Source: the human T2T-CHM13v2.0 reference genome, Homo sapiens. Taken from it: DNA of 64,000 nucleotides. Numbering within the stretch: the first letter of the stretch is position 1; every line of letters begins with the position of its first letter. Below are positions 13,101 to 24,834 of the stretch, in pieces. The notes under the pieces were generated by a model. The model was not told where the DNA came from, did not search any database, and saw nothing but the letters and a program-made list of their open reading frames with translations. A program made the translations under genes and the position numbers. Location of the stretch: NCBI RefSeq assembly GCF_009914755.1, contig NC_060926.1; one strand, given 5' to 3'.

Positions 13101-14647
13101 CCCTGCCTCTGCCAGCCACTTATGCTGCTGTTCTCCCCTCTCCTTCCACTTCCTCTAGGGGAGGGACCAGCGGGAGTAGAGCTTCTCTTTCTTCCTCTGA
13201 AAAGAGGATGCCCAAGATGGACATTAACTCGACCCAAGTATACAACTGAGGTCCTAAGAATTGGTCAATTTGGTCTGCCATTCCGTAAAGGTCATCCAGT
13301 AGCAGTTTAAGCACCTTTTTAAAATTCTGGATTTCTGAACTGGTTAGGGGAGCATTTACAAAGCCAATGGCCCCCCCTTCCTTGTGGTACCTCTTTCAAA
13401 GGAAAGAAAGTCGGGGCTGATCTCTTAGGTACAGAGGGAAATGGGAAATTCTGAATATCTTTTTTACATTGTTCTACTTCACACTGGAGTCCTTTTAGAG
13501 AGGGGTATTTAGGTTGGGAGGGAACAGGCTGATGGGATGGTAATTCCTAAGAGTCAGGGTTATAACGAGGAAGGATAACGTTGAGTAGAGAGGGAATTTG
13601 GAATGGGATCTGAGGCAGCAGTGGCTGTCTGAGCGGAAAGATTGGGGACACTGAACGGGGTTAGATAGTCTAAGGGATCCCATGCGCTGGAATTTTTAGG
13701 CATGAGAGCTGGCTCCTCTGACTTTTCATTTTGAGGTACCAGATTGGGTTCTTCCCTATTTGTTTTTAAAGGAAAAAGGAGGGCAGGTCTTTGCCTCCAA
13801 TAAAGGGCATAGCCTAGTTCTTCCTGAGACACTGGACTTTTACCATTAACATATCGGATTAGAAGCTGACACGTTACATCCTCATTCGACCCAAAGTTTG
13901 GTCAGAAGATTGAGGGTTTGAAGGTGGGTCCCTGAGTCCAAATAAAACAGCAATATTGTTATCATTTGTTGCTTTTTCCTAAGTTTAGTCCTTTCGTTAT
14001 CCTTCCAGTGTTTTAGCATGAGACCTAGGGAGATATCCAGGGGGATGTCTTTGTTACCATCTTTATCTCCCTTGCTCCCTGTCTTGCTTGGGGTATTTCC
14101 CATCTTGATGGTTTTGGGGTAAGGTTCAAGGTTCAATTTCCCTTACTGGAAATTTCTCACCTTTTGGGGTGAGGCTCAATTTCCCCACTGGAAATGTCTT
14201 GCCTTTTGGGGTGTGAGGCTCAGTTTCCCCACTGGAAATCTCTGCCTTTTCTGCTACTGGAGGTTTGTGTGAGGTTCAATCCCCCGAAATGGGGATGGCT
14301 CGCCTCTTTTTAACCTCTAAGCCACCCCGACCAAGGAGTAGTTCACTGCCCCCCTCCCCCTTGCGGCTTTCTTACCTTGGTCCTGACCACCAAGGAAATA
14401 CTTTACCGGCTCCCACGGCTTCTCCTTCCTTGGTCTGTGCACAGAGTCATCGCTGCAGTATGTGAAGATCCTTTAAGCTAGGTTGCTGGCCAGTTTTTTA
14501 TTTTTTATTTTTTTCTGCGTTGCTGAGAGCTCGGGTTATTCCTCGCACTGGGTGGGTCTTGATTTCTCACCCCTGAGGCCACCACAAGGGGGCAGGGCAA
14601 GCCTCCTCACGAGAGAGAACCAGAGACCATCCCGGGAGGGGAATGCA

Positions 14648-14665
14648 ATCATGGGCGAGCCCCCA
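14648..14665 (-). promoter_or_regulatory. Primer-binding site, tRNA-Pro-like
   Basis: TGGGGGCTCGCCCATGAT, 15/18 match to the tRNA-Pro PBS TGGGGGCTCGTCCGGGAT, 3 nt after the 5' LTR. Confidence 0.8.
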
Positions 14666-14668
14666 AAT

Positions 14669-15198
14669 TGTTACATATAAAGTTTCGATGCTACAAAAGG
14701 AATACCACTCAAATATAAAATTTTTTTTTAATTCTCAGCAAGGCAAGTTACTTCTATAGAAGAGTGTGCCCTTAAAGATGGTGCAATGGTGAACACACAC
14801 TTGGACAAGGGAGGGGAAGGGGTTCTTATCCCTGACGCACATGGCCCCTGCTGCTGTGTCATTCCCCTGTTGGCAAGGGTTAGACGCACAGGCTAAACTA
14901 ATTCTGATTGGCTAATTTAAAGAGAATGATGGGGTGAGTGCTTTGGCAGGAGTCAGGGCAGAGCAGGTAGCAGGTAATTGGAATGAGTTAGGGTGGACCA
15001 GGTGATCAGAATGAGTTAGGGTGGAGCAGGTCATTGGAATGAGTCAGCATGGAGCAGGTAATTGGAATGAGTTAGGGTGGAGTAGGTAATCAAAAAAGGT
15101 TCCTTTATGAGGAAGTTAAGTTTAAAAGTAGAAGGCAAAGAATTGAACATACTGACATATTAATTATTTGGAAAGAAATTTAGAACTCATATCTAACA
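14669..15198 (-). repeat. 5' LTR10-type LTR (530 bp, four 28-bp repeat units)
   Basis: TG..CA termini, followed on minus by the PBS. Confidence 0.88.
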
Positions 15199-15202
15199 CA
15201 AC

Positions 15203-15316
15203 AGTTTGCATTAGGTCCCTTAATTGAGCCTGCAAAACCAAGGCTCCGCTAGCTTTAAGCAGCTGTTTCAATACTTTTATATACTGTTGCCATTGAGCTG
15301 ATAACTGTTGTCCCAT
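15203..15316 (-). pseudogene. HML-5 gag 5' part (first 38 codons)
   Basis: MGQQLSAQWQQYIKVLKQLLKASGALVLQAQLRDLMQT with an N-terminal MG myristoylation-type start. Confidence 0.85.
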
Positions 15317-15440
15317 GATGAAACCCTAGCCTGAACAATCCCCTCGAACTTGGAAATCCACAGTGGGCACCAATGACTTACTGACTGCGCAGTTTCTTCA
15401 CCTTCATTTTCGAGGGTTCCCTCGCAATCTGTTGCAGCGT

Positions 15441-15459
15441 TCCTCACGCGGGGGCACCA
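15441..15459 (-). promoter_or_regulatory. Primer-binding site, elongator tRNA-Met-like (characteristic of HML-5)
   Basis: TGGTGCCCCCGCGTGAGGA versus TGGTGCCCCGTGTGAGGA, 2 nt after the 5' LTR. Confidence 0.8.
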
Positions 15460-15461
15460 CC

Positions 15462-15927
15462 TGCCGAGTCTGTCCTGCAGATTCTGGCCAAGCAATGGAT
15501 GAAAGAAGTTCTCAGACATGGATATCCAGTGAAAGAGCAGGCTAGGGGGTTGCCGGCACTAGGGGCTGAAGAGAGTTAGCCACCCCGATAAACCAGAGAT
15601 GCTTGCATTTGTTTAGCACAGATTTAATGAGAAAGGCTTGGAGCAAACACAATTTGTGGGTAATTAACATTGTTCACCCCCAAGTAGAGAGCAGTCCTGC
15701 ACACGAGTGATCAAAGGTTAGTGTCTGGAGACAGGAATAAACAAATTTATCTAGATAAGTTCCTTTACATTCCCTTGTTATCTAACCCTTGCTCTTAAGA
15801 GAATTTAACTGCCTTTAGCTAAATCCTCTTTTGAAGCTTTTGCAAAACCTCCCGGCCTTCCAGAAAGGTTTGCATCTTTCCCTATAATTTTTATAACTTT
15901 TCCCACCACCCTGACCGGTCTCCTACA
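15462..15927 (-). repeat. 5' LTR (LTR22 family)
   Basis: TGTAGGAGACCGGTCAGGGTGGTGGG...GACTCGGCA followed by the PBS. Confidence 0.88.
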
Positions 15928-16319
15928 ATCACTTCCAAGATTAGGCTGTAGAAAAAAATTAATGAAAAGAAACATAGTTGAAATTACAACAAAGAATTGG
16001 GAATATTTAGTAAAGTTAGTTGATAGAGTAGCAGCAGAGTTAAGAGAGGATTGACTACACTTTTGAAAGAAATTCTGTTGTGGGTAGAATAGCATCAAAC
16101 AGCATCTTATGCTACAGAGAAATCTTTTGTGAAAGGAAAAGCTAATGTGGCAGACTTCATTGTCTTGTTTAAAGAAATTGCCACACCCACCCCAGCTTTC
16201 AGCAACCACCACCCTGATCAGTCAGAAGCCACCAACATCAGGAGAAGACATTCTACCAGCATAAAGATGAATATGCACTGAGGGCTCAGATGGTCGGTGG
16301 CACTTTTTAGCTATAAAGG

Positions 16320-16626
16320 TTGTTGGGTTGTTTGTTTTTTAAATACAGAGGGTCTTCCTCTGCTGCCCAGGCTGGAGTGCAGTGGTGTGATCATTGCTCA
16401 GAGGCAAACCTGAGCTTATGGAGCTTGGGTTGAGGCAAAACTGTAGAATAGCAGAGACTACAGGCACTCACCACCATGCCTGGCTAATTTTGGTTTGTTT
16501 GTTTTGCAAAGACAGTGTCTCACTGTGTTGCCCAGGCTCATCTTGACCTCTGGCCTTAGGAGATCCTCCTGTTTCCACCTCCCAAAGTGCTGGGATTACA
16601 GGCATGAGCCACCCATTGGGTCTGGC
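16320..16626 (-). mobile_element. Diverged Alu (AluJ-like) in the Tigger1 3' part
   Basis: Reverse Alu with a scrambled segment at about 16400-16450. Confidence 0.8.
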
Positions 16627-16839
16627 TATGTTTTTTAACTGAGGTATATACATTTTTTTGGACATAATGATGTTGCACACTTAATAGGCTATAGTATAGT
16701 GTAAACATAACTTTTATATGCCCTGGGAAACCAAAAAGTTCGTGTGACTCACTTTACTGCTATACTCTCTTTATTGTAGTAGTCTAGAACCAAACCCACA
16801 ATACCTTGAGGTATTTTATTAAAGAATAAAGTTAAAATA

Positions 16840-17337
16840 CAGTTGACCCTTGAACAATACGGGAGTTAGCATCACTGACCCCACAACTCTTACACTGTCG
16901 AAAATTCACGTATAACTTTTGACTCCCCCAAAACTTAGCTACTCATAGCCTATTATTGATCAGAAGCCTTATGGATAACATACATAGTCAATTAACATAT
17001 AATTTTTATGTTATATGTATTATATACTATATTCTTACAGTAAGGTAAGCTAGAGAAAAGAAAATGTTATTAAGAAAATCATAAGGAAGAGAAAACACTC
17101 GTCTTCACTATGAAGTGCAAGCGGATCATCAGAAAGGTCTTTACCCCATTGTCCTCACATTGGGTTGGTGGAGGAGGAAGAGGAGAGGTTGGTCTTGCTG
17201 TCTCAGTGGTGGAAGAGGTGGAGGAGGTAGAAGGGGAGGCAGAAGAAGTAGGTACACTCAGTGTAATTTTTAGTGAAAAAAAAATTGCATATTAGTGGGC
17301 CCACACAGTTCAAGCCCATATTGTTCAAGGCTCACTG
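16840..17337 (-). mobile_element. Tigger2-family non-autonomous element (MER28/Tigger2a-b-like)
   Basis: TA|CAGTTGACCCTTGAACAA ... TTGTTCAAGGCTCACTG terminal inverted repeats. Confidence 0.8.
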
Positions 17338-17355
17338 TTATATGGATACTGCCTG

Positions 17356-17428
17356 TTATAGCTTATTTGTTATATTTGTTATATTTGTTATAGCTTATTT
17401 ATTATATTTGTTATAGCTTATTTGTTAT
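17356..17428. repeat. Degenerate tandem repeat of TTATAGC/TTATATTTG units
   Basis: Repeated ttatagcttatttg and ttatatttg units. Confidence 0.7.
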
Positions 17429-20400
17429 GAAATTACACAGTAAGTTGCTAAAGTGCATGTTAGATGAGTCATACGTCTTATGTCCTTTTAAACTTTAGAA
17501 GAGATTTTCTACCCCAGGTTCCCTGGGAGTGAATCTTTGTTATAAAAATTGTATGCAAATCCAACACATAATTTCTTGAACATCCATTATGAACTAGGTA
17601 CAGAGTCTTCTCCATAATATCCCAGATAGGAAGTCATCCATCTACAAACTGTAAAATATTTTTTTCCTATCGTGGATGGAAATGTTGAATAAAACAGAAC
17701 AAAACACAGACCCATATAGCATGGTATTTCTTCTTACACCAGTTTTCTTGAATATGATTGTTAATCAAATACTGGTCTTCACTGTGTTATCCTCTAACTC
17801 TCATTTTGCCAACTTTTTCATAAAGACTCTAGACAATTTTCACAAAATCCTTATGACATAATATTTACCCAAGTCTACTAGTCTGGCACCTCTAAACGGG
17901 TTATGTGACTTATTGGGCCTGATTGTTTCTTAAGTTACACTTTTCATAGAAGTGTCCAGTGTTCTTCGAGGCCTCTTCTGAGATCTGGCAAAACCTATGT
18001 GTATTAAGCTATTCTGCATTTTGTCAAAAGATCTGCCACAGACTCCACACTTTGAACTTCTTGAACCCTATCTCTTCTTTTCTCTTTTAAAATATTGGAA
18101 TACTTCATCATTTACATTCTTTTTGTACTTTGCAGTTTTCTGTTTTTCTTCCAAAATTTGGTTTCATAATTACATACACAAATTTGTTCTATTTCTAGGA
18201 GGTGATTCATTTAGCTTTGTGACTGGAACTCATCTAAGGCAACTAGACTCTTTATCTGTTTTGTGTTTGATCAGTCTTTCTGTCTAAAAATTATTCTCCT
18301 TGAGAGAAAAGATGGAAGCAAAATAAAATTTAATTACTTCTATTTCCTTCCTGTTATCTTAGCATATCATGTAGCCAAGCTGTGACCCTAACCTTTCCCT
18401 ATTCTTGCTGTAGAGATTAGACACAATTAAAAAATGAGAAAATGGTCTGTCATGGCCATCCAGAGTGGGTTCTTTGTGTGAATTATCAGAGAACTAGATA
18501 ATTTTAGTATGGAAAGTATATTCTTCCAGGTATACCCTTAGTATCTCTTGGGTTGTGTAAAGCATCCTACTCATGTTTGACTCTTAAGTTGTTTTGTTTC
18601 CTGTCAGTTAATGTTTTGTATTGTCAGTGACTTTATATTTTATAACAATATAAATCAGTGGCTTGGTGTTTATATTCTGCCACATAGGAAGTTGACGGTC
18701 ATTTAAAACTGTTTTTCTTCCATTTTTAATCTGATGGTGCTTTGCTCTCTAGTTAACAAAATTCATGTCTGCCCTTTTATTTCCTGTAGCTAACACAGGT
18801 TAAGTTCCCAGTTTCAGCAGCAGATGTCTCCCGTGAGCTGCTTAGGTTTTGCTGAGTTTTCCACTACATAGTATAGTCAAATAAGTTATTTATGTGCTTG
18901 CTACTTCTAAGGGACCATTCTTGGTTCTCTTTTCATAAAACGAATCTTTAAGAAGTGGGAACTGGAAAAATTTTGTCTAAAATTTATTTTATAAATGAAA
19001 ATTAAATATAATTGACCTGTTTAAAGAGCTGGAGTTAAAAATCCTCTCTATGTTCTCTAAGTTTTAGTTTACTGCCATTTCCCTAGAGTGAGAATTTTTT
19101 AAAGTAGAAGAAACCAGTATTCACATTTTTTTTAAAGATAAGGAAATTGAATTCCAAAATGTTTAATAAATTTCCCCACTGTCATAAAGCTAAATACTGA
19201 GATTCTAAACAGGCTTCATGATAGACCAGTGCTTTCTCCACCTTGCTTTCAGTCAGAGCACCATCTTTTTGAGTGGCTGTGATAAAACAGCTTTATTCTT
19301 AATTTTCCTTATTAACTTTAATATTTGAGAAGTGTCTGTCCTATATCCTAAGACTGGTACATGTTTTCTGAAGTGACATCATTTACTGTCGTAGCATGCT
19401 CTCCATCTTTTTTCCCCCCTTTAGATTTCCCTTTTAAAATGAATTTGTGGACATTTGGTCTTATACCATGTTTTAAGAGTTTATTTCTTCATAATTTTTA
19501 AAAACTTCTTTTCAAGTATACTTATTGGATATGAATACTAAAAACATGTTAGTAAACACATATTTGTAGTTCAACAACTAAGATAAAATTGTCTTTGTGT
19601 AAAATTCTTATGTATATTATCTCCTTTATTCTTAGGATAGTCCAGGGTGTTACAGTATTTTATTTCTTCCTTCTGATATTTGTAGATTGTTATTTGTTCA
19701 TAATGCTTGTAAATAAAAGTAAAAAATTAATTTGATAACTATTCTTGCTTAATTGAAATGAACATAGTACATTAATTTTTATCTAAATAAATGTTCTCTA
19801 GTGGAACATCTAATAAATAAGTGATTGTTGGGCCCATTGTTAGTACTTTCAAAGGCAGATTTTATTATTATAACAACTTATGCAGTACTGTTCATGTCAT
19901 TGACTTCTGAAAACTCATTTGGAAGTGAGTAGAATCTGAATTATTTTAACTTGACACTGGAAAGGAAAATGAAGAAAGTCAAAAGAATTGGTCTTTGTAT
20001 ATCTGTTGATATTAAGTTTCTATAATGAACAAATTGATAATCTGATATGGACATTTCTTAAAATCAGACAGTCTTGGTGGTCCCTTGCAGGGTGCTATGA
20101 CTTAGGCTGTTATAATATGGCATTAAATGTTTCTCAGTGTATAAATTCATAAGCTTTTAGATACGGATCTTGCAAGATGAACAACAGATTCTTTGTGCAA
20201 CTGTTTTTTAGACCACACAAAGTGATTCCTTGAATATAAAAATGTTACATCATCATTGATCCTCATAATTTGAAGAAACCCTCATAGTGAACCAGTTACC
20301 ACTAACACTAACACTAACTTCATGATCATCTTTACATCTCCATTCACAATTCTATATCAATTTGATACATATTCTCTGTATACTGTTCTCTGTTTTTGCC

Positions 20401-20842
20401 CCAGTATCTTTGTGTTTCTGTCTGGGTGCTTGACTTTTCCTTACTTTTTGTCATTTTCATTTTTTTTTTTCTACATCTTTGTTTTCTTCTCTCCATTAAT
20501 TGGCAGTAACATGGAATAAAAAGGTTTTTTTTTTTTTTTCAAAATTATTCTAAATAGTTATAATCTGTTCCTTTTCTTCTAAGATAAGACTATTAACTGG
20601 AGTTCTTTTGTTACGTAAGGGTGTTTAACTGCTGAGATTTGCTTTCAAATTATACATCTCTTTAAAGTATTCATAAAATGGAAATACCAGTTCTGCATCG
20701 AAGTGGTAAGAGTTTGTGGCTTGGTTGTACTTTTCAGAAATAGTCAATAGTGGAGTTATGTTTCACTTTCTAGAATATTCTGGAAATAGTAGAAAGGTCT
20801 CTCATTAACTATAGAAAGATCTCTGGGTTAATTGTAAGCAAG

Positions 20843-21139
20843 AGCTAGACATGGTGACTCACACCTGTAATCCCAGCACTTTGGGAGGCCAAGGCAGGCA
20901 GATAGCTTGGGGCCAGGAGTGGAGACCAGGCTGACCAACACAGCGAAACCCCATCTGTACTGAAAATACAAAAGTTAGCCAGGTGTGGGGGCGGGCACCT
21001 GTAATGCCAGCTACTCAGGAGGCTGAGGCATGAGAATCACTTGAAGTCAGGAGGCGGAGGTTGCAGTGAGCCAAGATTGCGCCACTGCACTCCAGCCTGG
21101 GTAACAGAGTGAGAATCTGTCTCAAAAAAAGAAAAAAAA
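20843..21139 (+). mobile_element. Alu (AluS-like)
   Basis: Dimer with TSD AATTGTAAGCAAG. Confidence 0.9.
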
Positions 21140-22754
21140 AATTGTAAGCAAGGAAATTTTTCTTAAGGGTTTGACATGAAACAGTTTATAGGTGTTGTGG
21201 CTAATTCTGTAGGTGTGCGTATATTTAAGCACACAAATTTGGAGGCAGTACAAAGCATGTGAGAAGATAGTTCTTTTGATCTAGATTGTTATCTATGGGT
21301 AGAGTTTTGGCAATGTGATTGCCTGCCAACTCTGGTGTATAGATTTCCTGAAACAATTATGTATGCCTTCAGATGCATAAAATACAGAATTTGGAATACT
21401 GTCATAGTGATAACTGAAAACTTAATCTCAACATACCTTGGCAAGAATATAAATCTTAACATATGCCAAATCCATCATATTAGAGACCAGAACCAAAAAC
21501 CAAAATAGAGAATGATTTTTTTTTAAGGAATGTAAATTATTTTGCCTCTTATGTGAGATAACCATCCCTAATGCTGCTGAAAAATCTTAGACTAGTAGTA
21601 GGGAAACATACCTAAAGCTTTGATGATTTAGGAATTAAATGTGTATGATATACTCTTCCCAGCAGATTATATATAGCCAGTAAGGAATCATAACAGATCA
21701 GGATTTATGTATTAGAGCCGCATTCTAGCAAAGGATTCTGCCACTGTGAAAATATATGCCTTGTTCACTTATACACTGAGATTCTCCGTAGCCAATACAT
21801 TTCTTAAGGCAATTATCCTAAACTGAGTTGCCTGCAGAAGGACAGCAATAGAGTCATAGGTCGAGGGACAAATATGGGTGAACCTGAAAAGGAAAAGCTA
21901 AGGTATGAGTTATCTTCACTGCAGACCCCCTTAGTCTAAATTTGCACTTATAACAGGAGCATTAAAATATATATCAAAAGTAGATTGAATTGTCTACCAT
22001 TTACTTAGTGCCTTCTATGTACTCATCCTCATAAGAATTGTATAAAATGCAGATGAGAATACTGGGGCTTGAAGAAATTAAGTATTTTTCCTAAATTTAA
22101 TCAGCTGTCTGGTAAGTGGCACAGGTTGGACTCATTCTGAGATCTAACAGTGCAAAATAATATACTGAAAGGATGAATAAAAAATTTTGTGCTGGAAGTT
22201 CACTTGAGTCACTGGACAAGCATACATAGGCAGGCATGATCTCACTTAAAGTTTGTATCCCTGATTAAGATCCCATGCTTGTGCACGTTAATTAATATCT
22301 CTAAGAAACCTAATGTGGTTCAGGTACCCAAGAGCGATTTTATTTGCTTTTTCCTCCTTCTCCAATAGACCTACCTGTGCTGAGTAGAAGCTCAATATCA
22401 GTCATTTAACAAACAGGTCTAGTTCCAAGTTCTTGTTATTTTGTGTGATATCCAGCTACTATCCTCCCTATCCCTTCCATCAAAACAGTTTCCTGATCAG
22501 AGGAAAATTATGACTGCATTCAACTAAATCAGACTATAAATGGCAATCTTAACTCACCTCCAGATGTGATCACTGTTTTGTGCACTTATTTTTAGCTCTG
22601 TGTTCCTTTTGTTCTGTATCATGCCTTATGCTTTTAAGACCTGGAAGGCAAGGCTAATGTTTGTTTTGTTTTATTTCATTCTTAGCACAACTTTGCATAT
22701 AATTAGAAACCAAATAAATTTTATGATGACAGTGGTTCTTTTTAAAGCCTGAAA

Positions 22755-22774
22755 TTTATTGATTTGACTTTATT
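22755..22774 (-). terminator. HTR2B: Probable HTR2B polyadenylation signals (two AATAAA)
   Basis: TTTATT on + at 22755-22760 and 22769-22774, about 250-270 nt after the stop codon. Confidence 0.6.
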
Positions 22775-23022
22775 TCATTCGAATACCTTAAAATTTAACC
22801 AGAGTGCTGGATTGTTTTCATTTGTAGCTATATAAAATTATTTTCCTCATGGAATAATCTTGTCCAAATTAGGAAAATTAGATATTCTTAATACTTACAT
22901 CTTAGGTTAAAGAGATGATTTGATATATGACATAAAATTCTTTATATAATATATTCTTGGCACATTTACATCTCATTCATCATCTTACTCATCATTATGT
23001 TTGATGACAACTGCCAGTTCTG

Positions 23023-23915
23023 CTATACATAACTAACTTGCTCTTCAGTTTTGTCACCTTCATTTTCAGTGAGGAGAAGCGTATCTAGTAGAATGATTGA
23101 TGAAGACTGAATGGTTGAACTTCGGAGCCTCATTGGACTCTGGTACATGGCAGGGTTAATCCCATTTCGAATTCCATGTTTCTTGAAAAACTTAGAGTTC
23201 TCTGCCATTGGATTCCGGAAGTAGATCTTACTGGAGCGTTTTCTGAGAGTTTTTACTGACTTTGTGGCCCGGTAATTGCAGGTGATATATCGGCCAAATG
23301 CATCCCGAAATGTCTTATTGAAGAGGGTGTAGACCAAAGGATTCACTCCTGAGGAAACATAGCCTATCCACACAAATATCTCCAGGAGCATTTGGAGAGT
23401 AGTTTGGTTACAGGAATCACATAAAACTAAAGTTATATTTGTAATAAAGAAGGGACACCACATAAGCAAAAAGAGGAAAAACACAATCCCTAGGACCTTT
23501 GAGGCTCTCTGTTCGTTGGAAATGGTCTGCACTGACTTTTTCCCAATTGTGGATGTTCTTCGCATAAGTGTTTCATCACCTGAGTTGGGCAGAGCCTTGT
23601 CCTTTCGAGAACCATCCAGCATTGCCACCTTTTCCGGTGACGAGCAAGGTGTTTCATCCCTTTGGAAAACTGTAGACACAGTCAACCATGTTAGGCGTTG
23701 AGGTGGCTTGTTTTTGACTAAGTAAGCCTTCTTCTGTAAAGCATGGATAGTGAGAAAGTAGGTGACAATCATAATTGCAAGAGGTGTGAAGAAGGCAGCC
23801 AGTGAGCCAAAGAGCATGAAATCGCCAAAACGTTCCTTTGTCAGCACACAAGTGATATTGTTTGGGTTGTCCACATCAGTCTCTATCCCTTTAATAGGGA
23901 CTGGAATGGCAATGC
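23023..23915 (-). CDS. HTR2B: HTR2B last coding exon (893 nt): TM5-TM7, NPLVY, C-terminal PDZ ligand VSYV
   Basis: cttag|GC acceptor, WCPFF and NPLVY motifs, TAG at 23025-23023. 352+201+893=1446 nt = 481 aa plus stop. Confidence 0.98.
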
Positions 23916-24539
23916 CTAAGGAAGAGGAAAACAAGATAAATTGAGTCATTTTATGACCTGTAACTCTTCGATTAGATCCTTTTGGATTGTATCCTTATAA
24001 CTTTATGCTTGTTGGTGCATTATAATTCCTGGGACCCACAATGCAGGATTTGTCGAAGCATTCATCAGTGAAGATTTGACAAACAGAACCTAAGTGAGCA
24101 AATCTGTTTTTAAACGGAGATTGGTTAGTAATTTCAGATTTATAATGAAAGCTCCCCTAAAGCTATAGTATATCCATGATACAGTGGAGAATGTCTTCAT
24201 TTATTCTACATTTCTCATAATCTATTTTTGTTTTTTAAGCTATCTCAGATTAAGGAAGAGAAATTCAGAAGAGAACCTGCTTTTTTCTTATTATCCAGTG
24301 TAGTTGATCTAGAGGCACTTCAGAGTACATTTATTCAATATCTTTACTCAGTTTTGTCTTTGAGGTTACAGTTTCATTTAACAGTTTTTCCTTTTGATAT
24401 GTGTGAATGTCTTTTAATCCTTTCCATCTAACTTCTTAGGGAAAACTAAAGTTCATTAAAAAGTGCTACTTAAAATTTGAGTGTGTGTGAATCATGATGT
24501 TGAAAGATTATGAGTTCTTAATCTTTCTTCTTCTGTAGA

Positions 24540-24834
24540 AGCCTGGGCACAGTGGCGCTCATGCCTGTAATTCCAGCACTTTGGGAGGCCAAGTGGGGGT
24601 GGATTACTTGAGGTCAGGAGTTTGAGACAAGCCTGGCCAACATGGCGAAACCCCATCTCTACTAAAAATATGAAAATTAGCCAGGCATGGTGGCACGCGC
24701 CTGTACTCCCAGCTACTCAGGAGGCTAAGGTGGGAGAATCACTTGAACCCAGGAGGCCGAGGTTGCAGTGAGCCGAGATCACACCACTGCCCTCCACGCT
24801 CAGCGACAAAGTAAGACTCTGTCTCAAAAAAAAA
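24540..24834 (+). mobile_element. Alu (AluS-like), HTR2B intron 3
   Basis: Full dimer with A tail. Confidence 0.9.

Larger units (their letters stand above)
11079..15198 (-). mobile_element. Non-autonomous ERV1 provirus, HERVIP10(FH)-like with LTR10(F)-type LTRs, inserted in HML-5 gag
   Basis: LTRs at 11079-11550 and 14669-15198 (minus start TGTTAGATATGAGTTCTAAATTT). 4-bp TSD CAAC (11075-11078, 15199-15202). tRNA-Pro-like PBS and PPT. gag fragments (MGNTPSK..., DQFLGPQLYTW) and env fragment (NQIAAGFESIFWWVT). No recognisable pol. Confidence 0.85.
5503..15927 (-). mobile_element. HERV-K(HML-5)/HERVK22 provirus, defective, internally deleted and interrupted
   Basis: Two ~465-bp LTRs and a 6-bp TSD ATCACT (5497-5502, 15928-15933). 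tRNA-Met-type PBS, polypurine tract at 5967-5982. Betaretroviral gag, RT, integrase and env fragments. Confidence 0.88.

Noticed and set aside
12839-13249. Arg/Glu-rich and Ser/Leu-rich ORFs of 80-132 aa
   Set aside because: Translations of a GA/CT simple repeat.
14984-15095. Regular 28-bp repeats resembling a CRISPR-like array
   Set aside because: Contiguous tandem units with no unique spacers, inside an LTR in primate DNA. This is an LTR VNTR.
23916-23949. ORF-track start [11 protein letters not shown] for a 308-aa protein
   Set aside because: Intronic polypyrimidine tract upstream of the true acceptor at 23916/23915. The same applies to the extensions of the 28227, 37863, 53273 and 60621 ORFs.
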